Shown: positions 35,660 to 48,691 of the stretch, piece after piece
Position numbering within the stretch: position 1 is the stretch's first letter
How the letters are laid out: each line of letters starts with the position of its first letter
Assembly (NCBI GenBank): GCA_965287045.1
Contig: OZ336888.1
Location: 35,464,001 to 35,528,000, forward strand
Direction: 5' to 3'
Origin: Carcharhinus amblyrhynchos
Taxonomy: Eukaryota
Length of the DNA: 64,000 nucleotides
Translations under genes and position numbers: made by a program
Notes under the pieces: generated by a model
Told to the model about the DNA's origin: nothing
The model's input: the letters and a program-made list of their open reading frames with translations, nothing else
The model's database searches: none

Positions 35660-37020
35660 TCTGTTTTATTCATTCAGGGATGCAGACATCGCGGTGTTGT
35701 CAATATTTATTGCTCTTGTGAATCTGATGGTGAATCATTTTCTTGAACTGCTGCAGTCTGTGTGGTGAAGGTAGGCCTATGCTGCTATTAGGGAGTGAAT
35801 CCAGGATTTTGATCCAATGATGATGAAGGAACAGTGATACATTTCCAAGTCAGGGTGATGTGTGACTTGACAGGAAAATTGCAGGTAGTGATGTTCCACA
35901 TGGGTCTGTTATTCTAGTCTTTCTAGGCAGTAGAGATCACAAATTATGGAGGAGCAATCAAAGGAGCCTTGAAAAAAATGCTACAGTGCCTCTTGTACAC
36001 ATGGTAGCTACTCTAGAGGCACGGTGGGCCTGTGATGGAGAGAATGAATGTTTAAGGTGAAAGATGGATGTCGAACAAGATGGCTGCTTTGTTTGTCGGT
36101 GATGTCAAGTTTCTTGCATGTTGGATCTGCTCTCATCCAGGAAATAATTTTGAGGAGTCAAGAGATGAGTCATTCAGTGCAGAATACACAGCCCTTGATG
36201 GACTCTTGTAGCCACAAATTTATGTGGCTGGTCCAGTTAGGTTTCTAGTCAATGGCAACTCCTAAGATGTTGATGGTTGGCAATTCAATGTACTCTTGCA
36301 GAAGATGGTCACTGCTTGGCACTGGTGTAGTGCAAATTTTACTTGCCAGCAATATTCCTTCTCAAAAGTTTAGATGCAGGCCTCAACAAGTTGGCTGTAT
36401 TTTGTGTTACCACAGGTGTGGGCCATGCAGAGAAATATAAATGCCCTTTAGTGCACTTAAACTAATTGTCCATGTTCTTCTCATAAAAAATAGAGGATAT
36501 GTTGCCTTTTCAGTCCAAACCTGAATATTGTCCAGATCATAGTCGGCTTAGTATATGAGAGGCTGACAGTGGAACTGAACACTGTACACATTAGTGAACA
36601 TGTCCACATTTGACCTTGTGATAGAGAGAAGGTCAGTGAACATGCTTGGGCTGAGCTGCCCTGAGATATTTCTGCAGGGCTGTCCTGAGTTTAAAACAAT
36701 TAGCCTCTGATGCTCACATCCATCTTCCTTTGTGCCAGTGCAGTGTTTTGCCTAATTCCCACTGACTTCAATCTTATTACAGCTCCTTGATACTTGGTCA
36801 AAAGTTGCCTTGATGTTAAGAACAGTCACTCACCTCACCTATTAACTTCAACTTTCCTGTGTACATTTGGACCAAGACTATAATGAGGATTGGAGGGGAT
36901 TGGTCTTGGCAGAGTATCAGGGAGAGGGTTATTGGTGAATAAGAGCTACTTGATAGCTCTGTCAGCTTCCATCAATTGCTGATGTTTGAGAGTAAGCTAA
37001 TAGCTGGTTTGCCTTTATGT
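35660..37020 (-). mobile_element. Old non-LTR retrotransposon remnant (partner LINE of the second SINE family)
   Basis: Its 3' end is homologous to 62040-62480(+) and to the SINE tail; heavily decayed. Confidence 0.6.
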
Positions 37021-38884
37021 TACCTTTTCATGATAGAACACGCCTAAAAATTTGGAAGTATTCTTCGAAATTTCATTACATACCATTGGTTGTCCAACAT
37101 GACCATCCTCCTGGCATGCAATTTCCCCACACCAATTGAAAAACACTTTCCAAATCAATTGAAAGATCTTTGCCTGTGAAACAGCCACTTTCCTCCCTTC
37201 ATTAAAGAAATTACCAAAAGAAATTGAAAAACAAGCACATTTTTAAAAATATCCTGTAATTGTTCTGTGTTTTTATTGCCAATGATTTTCTTGTTAGGAA
37301 TAGTGTTCAGGAGATTAATACTCAATTCCTGGAGACTTTGGGGCAATCCTGGAAGATTGACAAATCTCTACATGCGTTAGGTCCTGGGTCTGTCTGCTGC
37401 TATTTGACATTAGCACTCCAGTTCAGTTTGGCTCTGCCAGCAGCTGTCAAGGTCAATGCCACTGGACATCTGGCGTAGTCACCGCTTTCTGTATTCTATT
37501 GTTGCATCACTTAATACAGAAAACAATCCTAAGCAGCTGGGCCAGACCATTTGAGAGGAGACAATTACACAATCCTGAGGGGCTGGATGACTTTTCAAAT
37601 CACTAGAGCTTGGCACTCATGCCTTATGACAGCTAGATTGTTGTTAAGAGGGCTTATAACGGGACCAATCTGAGCAATTATTCTTTACCATCGATGCCAG
37701 CCAGACTGCTGCCCTCAGAGCATTGATAGCCCATTGGATCGTCAAGGCCTGAAGGTTAAACCAGGGCCCAGGCAAATCCAGCGACAGAAGGAAGCTGAAC
37801 AGATCGTAAGTTTTCTCACATCTCGTTCATCAATTTGGCTCGACACCTCCTGTGGAAACCAGCATCAACCTCCCCCATCCCCTACGCAACCCAGAAGGAC
37901 ATATATGGTTTGAACCGCAGAGGACAAGTCAGAAGAGATTATACTGCTGCTGTGTAACACACTGATTACATCCCATCTGGATATTTTACGGAGCTGTGAT
38001 CACCTTGCCACACTGAATAACGTTACTTCTTGAGAGAGACAGAGCCAATCAACAAAAGCAATTTCTGGTACTGCAAATGATGAGGAAAGGTTAAAGGAGA
38101 GTTGAACTTGTTTCTTTGGGATAGAGGAGTCCTCGAGCACAATTTCAATTCAAGCTTTCAGTAGGAGTAGATCACCTTTGCCATTGTTCATTGGTGATCA
38201 GGAGGACATGTCTGAATGCTTTAAGGTCGCTGCTCCAAATAAGGAAATCCAAAGGGTTGTTAGCTGCTGAACTCTCTCACAGGGCAGGTGTGTGAACATA
38301 GAGTCAGCACAGGAAATTAAAAACAAAGATTCATGATTTGCTGAGAGTGAATGGGGGATATGATGTTCTGTAATAACAGGGACATTTAGCTATGTAAATG
38401 TATTGTCAAGACCACAGACTTAGAGACATTGAATGATTCCAATTCGATATTTATTACACGCTGTGGTGGGATTTTAATTGATCCATAGAGTTTATTTGCG
38501 CCAATCCAGTCTCTAAGCCAACTCTCAAACCTCTCAAAAGTTAAAGTGACCATGAAGTTAACAGATTCTTGAAAAAACCCAACTGGTTTACCTCTTTAGG
38601 AAAGGAAACCTATTGTGTTAAGTGGCTCGGCCTATAGGTGACTCCAGTCCCAAACTCAATGTGATTGATTCTTAACCATCCTCTGAATTCCCAATCAATC
38701 CTTTCAGCTGTATTTAAACTGTGACTCAATTACCCATCATTACCTTGTCAGGGATTGGCCTTGCCTATGACACCCACATCCTGAGAATGAATTTTAAAAA
38801 TAAGAAGATATCAAATCAAGGTTGTATCTGATCTCTACCCGTGCCATATCTTCACATATGGAACTCCATTTCTTTTCTTCCATC

Positions 38885-39262
38885 TCATGCCCAACTGTTC
38901 CTTGGGGGGGGGGGTGGGGCACAATTCCAAGGGGCAGCCTACAATGGAGATTCTTGTCACATGCTCATCTACTCAGTACCTGGCTATGGTAAAACAAATT
39001 GGCTGCTCTGATAACCCCCAGCACTTGCACAGGGAATCATTGATTGACTTCCCCAGAAGACTCGTAGAATATGAGCTTCCTGGTGATTGGTAATTACCTT
39101 ACCAGGTGGATCTTGTATACTGAACCCTTTATAAAGCAGACCCCTGAGTGGATCCATTATTATATTGTACCGGTTGGGACCTGTGTGTTCATCACAGATT
39201 TGTGGTTTAGTTTACTTCATTTTGTGCAATAAAGCACTGTTCCTCTGCAGCTGACTCCTGGA
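38885..39262 (+). mobile_element. LTR-like remnant
   Basis: TATAAA at ~39130 and AATAAA at ~39228 in LTR-like order; ends unclear. Confidence 0.4.
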
Positions 39263-39590
39263 GTCGTGGCCTAGTGGTATTCTCGCTAGACTATTAATCC
39301 AGAAACTTGGCTAATATTCTGAGATCCCGGGTTCAAATCAGACCACTGCAGATGGGGGAGTTTGAATTCAATAAAAAAATTCTGGAATTAAAAATCTACT
39401 GATGGCCATGAAACCATTGTTGTAAAAACCCTAATGTCCTTTAAGGAAGGAAATCTGCCATCCTTATTTGTTCTGGCCTTTCTTTGACTCCAGAGCCACA
39501 GCAATGCGATTGACTCTCATCTGACCAAGAGCAATAGGGATGTGCTAGGATGGCCATCCAGCAGTGCCTATGTCCCTCGAATGAATAACA
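39260..39590 (+). mobile_element. tRNA-derived SINE (second family)
   Basis: GTGGCCTAGTGGTA...GGGTTCAAATC head; homologous to 5975-6330. Confidence 0.8.
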
Positions 39591-39953
39591 AAAGTGCCCA
39601 GTCGCTTATTAGCTGCCACCTTGGCATGCTGTTTGTATCCTGAACTTACACCCCTTCAATCTTCCTTTACAGTAAGTGTGGTAGAAATAAGGAACTCTCT
39701 TTGACAAAAAGCATTGGTTGCTAGCTCAATTAACAATTTAAAATCTAATGAAAGGATCTGGAGCCAAGGCAAGTGGATGGAGTTAGAATACAGGATAACA
39801 GGCTCGAGATACTCATTGGCCGACTCCTGCTCCTATGTTCTCAAGATTACTTCTTGTATGACAAGATGGCACAACGGGCACAAGCCCAACTGGAAGAAAG
39901 ATCACCTTAGTGATAGATACATGGCAGGCTTGCCCCAGAGAGCGACAGTTGAA

Positions 39954-40149
39954 TTTTTTTGATTCCTTTCAGTATTTTTATTCCAGTCAATAAACCCAAT
40001 GCAAATTATGTGCAAACATGGTCCCCACACGAGGGACAAAGAAGACAAGCTAAGACATTGCATCCCATCTTGGGCTTGATCAGACAAGATCCAAGCTGAC
40101 AGAATGAGGCATTGAACCCTCCCCCTGGCTTGATCTTAGCCAAAAGGCC
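39954..40149 (-). mobile_element. U2-snRNA-headed short retroposon (SINEU-like or U2/LINE-3'-end chimera)
   Basis: Minus strand: GGCCTTTTGGCTAAGATCAAG (exact match to U2 nt ~11-31), ~150-nt body with a GTCCC-n7-GGGAC hairpin, AATAAA (39977-39982) and an A7 tail. Confidence 0.65.
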
Positions 40150-41549
40150 TTGACGGTTTTGAAAAATTGTATCAGGTAAAGTCTCTGTTTAATCTCATTG
40201 GCAACCCTAATCCTTTACTCTACCCTAGCTGAGGCAAACCACAATCACAGGCGATGACACGCACTACGTGCAATGGGCTAGCTTCATCCTCTGTCTGATC
40301 ACAGGTTCAGCCCTGCCAGGGCAGGCTTGCCCCTTGTAATTTATGGGCACACGTAGCCTTGTTATGCTGGGACCTGACTCTGGTAAAGTATGAACTCAGC
40401 AACTTTCTTCTGGACCTCCTCTTCTCTCTCCAGCTAGCTGCAAATGGCAGGAATTTCCAGGACAAGCTAACACGTCAGAGCTTTTGAAGGAGTTTTAGTA
40501 GAATTGTATAGCAGCGGAGAAGGTCACTTGACAGATTGAACACACATTGGCTCTTGGAAACAACAGCCCAAACCGTTTTACACATCCACTTCACATTCCC
40601 CAAAGTCCTGCAATGTTATAATATATAAATTAAAACAAAGACCCATTGAAATAAATGCAAAAATTGCCTTTGAGAAAAGCAATTATTTCTGAAACAATCT
40701 GAACCAGAACAGTCGAGGTGGTGATGGTGGTGGGGGGGGGATTACGATTACGTGTCTGGACAATTATCCACACCTTTCACAGGCTAACTTGGCTACTGCA
40801 GGGCAGATGATCATGAATAATGTTTGACTTTGTGCAGAGGCTGGAGAGCTCACTGTCAGTGTGAGCTACAGCACTCCCAGTGCAGCCTGGCTGTGTGAAT
40901 GGAATTTGATGAGTCCCTGACCACTCAGGCCCCAGCTTGCCTGTCAACATGCGTGTGCAACCAGCGAATCAGTTTTCAAAGTCAGTCTGACACTAACACT
41001 TCAGCACATTCACCTCCCCCCGTCGCCACCGTGTCCTTTTATAAAATGTGGAGTCACTCACTTAATCTCCATTTCTGATCTCCCAGCTTTAATACAGTGA
41101 CTAATCTCCCCTGGACCGCTTTCCATCACAGCCCAATCTGTCCACATGGACAGTTCCTCACACTCATGCGACATGTATGTCACCATCACACATTCTCTGT
41201 GCCGTGACACCTTGCTTGGTAATTTATGTTGGCTGTTATATAAGAAGAAATTTCTGTCAGAAAACAAGTGTCAAGTCCTGATGGTGATACAGCTGTCTGG
41301 TTTCAATCAGTATTCCTCTTACACCATTGTGAGAGTCCAATTCTGGTTCCCCATCAGATTCATTCCTTCAGTCCTGGGCCACCCGATCAATCAGGTTTAT
41401 TCACTTCCTCCCACAGCTCCTGTCATTCAGACTCAGAGCCTTACTGACTAAGGATCAGTCCCTGTCACTCTTCCTCACACCCTCAGCCCCATCACTCACT
41501 ATCACCTGAGTCCCTCAGTTAGATTCCAGCTGATAACTCATCCCCAGCT

Positions 41550-41990
41550 AGCCACACTTAGAATATTGTGTACAGTCCTGGTCACCCTATTATAGAAATG
41601 AAATGATTAAACTGGAAAGAGTGCAGAAAAGTTTTACTAGGATGTTACTGGGACATGACGGTTTGAGTTAAGAGATGCTGGATAGACTGGGACTTTTTTC
41701 CCTGAAGCATAGGAGGCTTAGGGGTGATCTTATGGAGATCTATAAAGTAATGAGGGGCATAGATCAGCTAGATAGTCAATATATTTTCCCAAAGGTAGGG
41801 GAGTCTAAAACTAAAGGGCATAGGTTTAAGGTGAGAGGGGAGAGACACAAAGGGTCTAGAGGGGCAATTTTTTCACACAGAGGGTGGTGAGTCTCTGGAA
41901 CAAGCTGCCAGAGGTAGAAGTAGAGGCGGGTACAAGTTTGTCTTTTAAAAAGTATTTAGATAGTTGTATGGGTACAATGGGTATAGAGGG
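41550..41990 (+). mobile_element. CR1 3' fragment
   Basis: LGLFSLKHRRLRGDLMEIYKVM...KTKGHRFKVRG. Confidence 0.9.
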
Positions 41991-41994
41991 ATAT

Positions 41995-43473
41995 ACCCAT
42001 TGCGTTTGCCTGGCAGCTCTCTGCTCACCTCTCTGATTCAGATCAGTGGGGGCAGGAGGTGGGAGGACGGGTGGGGGGAGGTGGGTCTGATGGCTCTCTG
42101 GTGGGGGGGAGGGGGAGGTGGGTCAGATAGCTCTCTGGTGGGGGGGAGGGGGAGGTGGGTCAGATGGCTCTCTGGTGGGGGGGAGGGGGAGGTGGGTCAG
42201 ATGGCTGTCTGGTGGGGGGGAGGGGGGAGGTGGGTCAGATGGCTCTCTGGTGGGTGGGGAGGGGGGAGGTGGGTCAGATGGCTCTCTGATTGGGGGGGGA
42301 GGGGGAGGTGGGTCAGATGGCTCTCTGATTGGGGGGGGGAGGGGGAGGTGGGTCAGATGGCTCTCTGGTCGGGGGGGAGGGGGGAGGTGGGTCAGATGGC
42401 TCTCTGGTGGGGGGGAGGGGGGAGGTGGGTCAGATGGCTCTCTGGTGGGTGGGGAGGGGGGAGGTGGGTCAGATGGCTCTGATTGGGGGGGGGAGGGGGA
42501 GGTGGGTCAGATGGCTCTCTGATTGGGGGGGGAGGGGGAGGTGGGTCAGATGGCTCTCTGATTGTGGGGGGAGGGGGAGGTGGGTCAGATGGCTCTCTGA
42601 TTGGGGGGGACGGGGAGGTGGGTCAGATGGCTCTCTGGTGGGTGGGGAGGGGGGAGGTGGGTCAGATGGCTCTCTGGTGGGGGGGAGGGGGAGGTGGGTC
42701 AGATGGCTCTCTGGTGGGTGGGGAGGGGGGAGGTGGGTCAGATGACTCTCTGGTGGGTGGGGAGGGGGGAGGTGGGTCAGATGGCTCTCTGGTGGGGGGG
42801 GAGGGGGGAGGTGGGTCAGATGGCTCTCTGGTGGGTGGGAGGGGGGAGGTGGGTCAGGGCTCTCTGGTGGGGGGGGAGGGGGGAGGTGGGTCAGATGGCT
42901 GTCTGGTGGCGGGGGAGGGGGGAGGTGGGTCAGATGGCTCTCTGGTGGGGGGGAGGGGGGAGGTGGGTCAGATGGCTCTCTGGTGGGGGGGAGGGGGGAG
43001 GTGGGTCAGATGGCTCTGGTGGGGGGGAGGGGGGAGGTGGGTCAGATGGCTCTCTGGTGGGAGGGGAGGGGGTGCAGGGGAGCTCCACTGCCACTCTGCA
43101 TGCAAATGGTGGAGGGAAGGGGGATCCTCTGCCTCTCTGCATGCGATCAGTCTGAATGATGGAGGGGGATAGGGGGTGAATTATGTTGTGGGGGTGGGAC
43201 AATGTTTGTGCGGGTCAGGGGACAGGCATTATCTGGCCATGGAGTGATGTGACAGGGGAGCCTCTTCCTAACGTCTTTTTGTTGTGCATGTGCGGTTGGA
43301 GACGCTGATTGGAGCTGCAGTGTTGCGGATGTGGTAAGCCTCACCCACAGGCTGTTGCAGTATGATTCAGAATCACTGATATTTCTGCATGGGAGCGTCT
43401 GAGAACATCTAAAAGTCTGATCTCAAACACTCCCAGATTCAGCACTTAGAATCAAAACGGTGAAATTGGGCCT
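41995..43473. mobile_element. Non-autonomous Harbinger-like element hosting a minisatellite
   Basis: 43080-43470 is the reverse-complement homolog of 4862-5280; ends GGTGAAATTGGGCC. Confidence 0.65.
42055..43075. repeat. G-rich minisatellite, ~36-39-bp unit (GGGGGAGGTGGGTCAGATGGCTCTCTGGTGGGGGGGA), about 27 copies
   Basis: Direct tandem array with variable G-run length. Confidence 0.97.
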
Positions 43474-44304
43474 AATGACACTACTCTACACTTAAACCAC
43501 CCAAACCCTTCAATTAGATTCTACTGATAACCATTACTCTATATAGAAAATACTGAAACTGTTGATTAGACTCCAGCCCATACCTCAGTCTTGGGTACCT
43601 GTTATCCTGTATATACAGCACACAAACTTCTTGATTACATTTTATTTTTAACCTTATCCCTGGGTATCTGTTATTTTATATATAAGCCACTTGACACAGT
43701 AACTAGATTGATGTTGGATGTGGGGTTAATATTGGTCAGGAGATGAGAAGAGATCCTTTGTTCCACCTCATACAATATAAGTAAAACAAAGAGAGACCAC
43801 GAGGAAAGATTGTTGGGAAAACACAAAAGAGAACCTGAAAATCTTCCTTAGACATCGAAAAGGTAAGAGAATTGATAAAAGAAGGGGAGGCTCAACCTGG
43901 GACTGGAAAGGAAATCTTCTACTGGCAGAGATCTGAGCGACTGATTGGGTACTTTGTCAGAATGCAAAGTGGATGAGGTTAGTGTCACAGGAGGAAGAGG
44001 AAATAGATGAAGAGGATAAAAAGCAGAAAGGAACTCACTCAAAGTTAAAAGGCACCCTGTCCAGAGGGAACAGGGTTGTTCAGGAAAGCGAAGATGGAGA
44101 TAGCAGAGGCACTGACCACAATCACACAAGTTTTCTTCAATATGGGAGAGGTGGCCGAAGACTGGAAGATTATAAATATTAACCACCTGATTTGAAAAGA
44201 GTGGAGGGATAAACCTAGTAGCCAGGTGCCAATCTGTCTAACCTTGGTGTTGGAAAATCCACTAGAAAGCAATATTCCCTGTTAGCTGTGTACATACTCA
44301 GCCC

Positions 44305-44720
44305 AAGAATGAGGGGAGATCTCATTGAGACGTATAAGATGATGAATGGGATGGATAGGATAGAGGTGGAGAGACTCTTCCCGCTCAGAAAGGACAGTAG
44401 GACTAGGGGGCACAGCCTCAAGATGAAGGGGGGGTGGTTTAGAACGGAGTTGAGGAGGAACTTCTTCACTCAAAGGGTGGTGAATCTCTGGAATTCTCTG
44501 CCCGTTGAAGTGGTGGAGGCTGCCTCGCTAAATATTTTTAAGACGCGGGTTGATGGGTTTTTGATAAGAGAGGGGATTAAGGGTTATGGGGAGAGGGCGG
44601 GAAAGTGGAACTGAGCCACAACAGATCAGCCATGATCTTATTGAATGGCGGGGCAGGCTCGAAGGGCTAGATGGCCTACTCCTGCTCCTATTTCTTATTA
44701 TGTTCTTATTATGTTCTTAT
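44305..44720 (+). mobile_element. Young CR1 LINE 3' end
   Basis: RMRGDLIETYKMMNGMDRIEVERLFPLRKDSRTRGH; near-identical to 7128-7665. Confidence 0.95.
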
Positions 44721-45005
44721 TAAAAGGTGCTGTGCAGAAGTTGCCTCTTTCAGACAACAATGTGGGCACAGCCAAACGAAATAAATTAAAGACACCGCAA
44801 TCAGCGCGCACATTGGAAAATGTTTAGAGGGAACATTGTGACAGATCACTATCAAAGTCAAAATTATTCTCACTTGGAGAAGAATGATTAAGAAAGAAAC
44901 AGCAGCATGGATTTGCTGAATGCAAATTGTCTTTAATTAACCTGATTGACTTCTTTGATAAAGTAACAGAGAAGATTGGTAAAGGTGATGGAGTAAATAC
45001 ACATG

Positions 45006-45500
45006 GGGCGAGATTCTCTAGCCTTCCAGCTGTGTGTTTCCTGCCGGACAGAGGTGGTACGTTGTTTGCTAGCAGCGGGATTCTTTGTATTTCCCCCCCG
45101 ACAATGGGAATTCTCATTCACATTGCCCCATGCCAGGCGGCACAATGGTTAGACCTGCTGCCTCACAGCGCCAGGGTCCCAAGTTCAATTCCTGGCTCGG
45201 GTCATTGTCTGTATGGAGTTTGCACATTCCCCCCCTGTCTGCATGGGTTTTCTTTGGGTGCTCCGGTTTCCTCCCTCAGTCCAAAGATGTGCTGGTTAGG
45301 TTGATGATAAATTGACCCTAGTTTCAGGGGGATTAGCAGGTTAAATATGTAGGGTTACAGGAATAGGGTAGGATTGTTGCTAGATGGGCTGAATGGCCTC
45401 GTTCTGTACTGTAGGGATTCTCTGTCGGCAGGAAACCCATGGGTGGGGGTACACTGCCAGTGGGACCAGAGATCCTGTGAACTGCTGAACAATTCTGGCC
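45006..45500. mobile_element. Harbinger-type MITE with a nested HE1 SINE (45135-45425,+)
   Basis: GGGCGAGATT...AATTCTGGCC flanked by a 3-bp ATG duplication (45003-45005 / 45501-45503). Confidence 0.75.
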
Positions 45501-48224
45501 ATGGACTTTGATAAAGGGTCAGCTAACTGGCGTACTCGGAAAATACAGACACAAAATATTAACACAAGAACAGAAAGTTGCGTATTTAAATAGCTTCAGG
45601 ATAGGAAGTCGAGAGTAGCAGCTTTCAAACAGGAGAGAAGCGTAGCGAGGAGTTTGGTGTTGGGACCATTATTTTTCTTAGTATGTATAAATTGCCTTAG
45701 GTATAAAGAGTACAGTCTTGAAGTGTGCAGTGAAAGAAACCCTGGCAGTGTAGTAAATAATGAGTAGGACAGTAGCAGAGTTCAGGAGACACATGCAAGA
45801 TACAATTTAATGTTGATAAGTATGAATGGTTGCACTTTGGGAGCAATAACATGGAGAGGTAGAATAATATAAATGGAACTATTTTGAGAGGGTCAAGAAC
45901 AGAGGGACCTGCTGCTGTATATTCAGAAATCCTTGACAGTGGGAAGACAGGTTGAGAAGGCAACAAAAAAAAAATGTGATACTGGGCTTTGAATAGAAAT
46001 ATTTCCAATTCACTTGTTAGATCTCAACTGAAGTGTTGGGCACAACAGATTATGAAGGATGTCAAGATTTTGGAGAGAGTATAGAGGAGGATGAGACCAG
46101 GGGTGAGAGACACCAGTAATGGGGGAAAACAGAGAATATCGTCCTTAAAACAGGGAAGGTAGAGGTGAACCTGAGGGATTCAAAATTAGGAGGGATTTTG
46201 AAAGAGCAAATAGGGAGAAACTGTTTCCATTGGCAAATATGTCAGTGTCACAAGAAATAATATATTTAAAATACTGGTAATTGGTGAAAGAGCTAAAAGC
46301 AAAATGAGAATTTTTTTTTTCACACACAGGGTTGATAAGATCTGGAATGCATTATCTGAAAAGGTGGCAGGAACAGATTCCATATGAACTTTGAAAAGGC
46401 AGTTGGTCATGTACGTGAAGAGGATTAATTTGCAGCTTTGTTGCAGATAAAGCTGGGGTCTAGGACATGTTTGAACAGCTCTTTCAAAGAGTGAACTCAG
46501 TCAGGATGCACCAAATGTTCTCCTTCTGTGCTATTTCTGTTCAGTCTCTGGAGCGTGACTGGAACCCAAAACTTTCTGACTCAGAGGACAAAATGCTACC
46601 AATTAGTCAAGCTGCGCACAAGGTTGAATTTAATGCATCCTGATAGGGCAGCAGGAAACATGGCTGCCAGGCCCAGTAGGAGGGGCTTCACATCATTCTC
46701 CTGCCATCCTTACTCATCTTTTGCTCGGGGGCCCCTTGGTGACCCAGGCACTCTGGTGGAGGCATTCTCAACAGATACCACCACTCCCAATGCCACTGAT
46801 GGCCATGAGGAGCAGCCAGCCTCTGATTCGTCAAAACTCTTGAGAGGCAGGATTGCCACCCCAGGGATCCTGTCTTGCGAAAGACCCAACAGTGGCCAGT
46901 TAAATGCCTGATGGACATTTAACTCATCAGGCTTTTCCCATTGAAATGATGGAGTTTCCTCACTAATTCTCCAAGCAAAGGGCAAGACCCCCAGCAGGGA
47001 GTGTTTGATTGGGACAGTGTCGAGGGAGCGTTACTCTGTATCTAACCCCATACTGTACCTGTCCTGGGAACATTTGATGGGAACAGTGTAGAGGGAGCGT
47101 CACTCTGTATCTAACCCTGTGCTGTACCTATTCTGGGAGTATTTGATTGAAAGAGTGTAGAGGGAGCATCACTCTGCATCTAACCCCATGCTGTACCTGT
47201 CTTGGAAATGTTTGATGGGAGGCAGCGCAGAGGGAGATTTACTCTGTATCTAATCCCCTGCTGTACCTATTCTGGGGGCATTTGATGGGGATAGTGTAGA
47301 GGGAGTGTCACTCTGTATCTAACCCTGTGCTGTATCTATTCTGGGAGTGTTTGATGGGGATAGTGTCGAGGGAGCATCATTCTGTATCTAACTCTGTGCT
47401 GTACCTATTCTGGGAGTGTTTGATTGGGACTGTGTAGAGAGCTTTACTCTGGATTTAACCCCGTGCTGTACCTGTCCTGGGAATGTTTGATTGAGACAGT
47501 ATCGAGGGAATATCACTCTGGATTTAACCCTGTGCTGTACCTGTCCTGGGAGTGTTTGATGGGGATAGTGTAAAGGGAGTGTCACTCTGTATCTAACCCT
47601 ATGCTGTATCTATTCTGGGAGTGTTTGATGGGGATAGTGTCGAGGGAGCATCATTCTGTATCTAACTCTGTGCTGTACCTATTCTGGGAGTGTTTGATTG
47701 GGACTGTGTAGAGAGCTTTACTCTGGATTTAACCCCGTGCTGTACCTGTCCTGGGAATGTTTGATTGAGACAGTATCAAGGGAACATCACTCTGGATTTA
47801 ACCCTGTGCTGTACCTGTCCTGGGAGTATTTGATGGGGATAGTGTGGAGTGAGCATCACTGTGTATCTAATCCCGTGCTGTACCTATTCTGGGAGTGTTT
47901 GATGGAGATAGTGTAGAAGGCTTGTCACTCTATGTCTAACCCTGTGCTGTACCTGTCCTGTAAGTGTTTATGGGGACTGTATAGAGGGAACTTCACTCTG
48001 TATCTAACCACGTGCTGTAGCTACTCTGGAAGTGTTTGATTGAGACAGTGTTGAGGGAATGTCACTCTATATCTAACCCTGTGCTGCACCTATGCTAGGA
48101 GTGTTTGATGAGGACAGTGTAGAGGGAGCTTCACTAAGTATCTGACCCCGTGCTGTACCTGCCCTGGGAGAGTGTACAGTGTAGAGAGAGCTTTACTCTG
48201 TATCTAATCTATGTTGTATTTAAA

Positions 48225-48530
48225 GTCATAGAAACCCAATGGAGCAAAAAGGGGGCCATTCAGCCCATTGAGCCTGCACCGACAACAATCCCACCCAGGC
48301 CCAAGCACCTTAACCCTATGTATTTATGTATTCACCCTGCTAACCTCCCTGACACTAAGGGTCAATCAACCTAACTGCACATTTTGGACTGTGGCAGGAA
48401 ACCAGAGCACTCAGAGGAAACACATGCAGACACGAGGAGAACATGTAAACTCCACACAGTCAGTCACCCCTAAGAATTGGGTCCCACATGCTATGAGGCA
48501 TCAATGCTAACCACTGCGCCACCGTTACTG
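48225..48530 (-). mobile_element. HE1-like V-SINE inside the satellite
   Basis: Tail, V-domain and head all present on the minus strand. Confidence 0.85.
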
Positions 48531-48691
48531 CCCTGCAAATGTTTGATGGGGATTGTGTCGGCGGAGTTTCTCTCTCTGCCTAGACCTATGCTATATCTTT
48601 TGTGGGAATGTTTCATGAAATAACATCGAGGGAACTTTACTGTGTATCTAACCCATGTTATACCTGTAATGGGAGTGTTTGATGGGACAGT

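Larger units (their letters stand above)
43720..46545 (+). mobile_element. Old, heavily decayed CR1 ORF2 with nested insertions
   Basis: QHGF...CLINLIDFFDKVT (~44900-44970), RVDKIWNAL (~46330), CR1-like tail at ~46530. Confidence 0.75.

Noticed and set aside
40129-40149. U2 snRNA gene
   Set aside because: Only 21 nt match; the branch-point pairing region, Sm site and 3' stem-loops are absent
41964-43172. Gly/Trp-rich ORFs of up to 229 aa
   Set aside because: Translations of the G-rich tandem array in shifting frames
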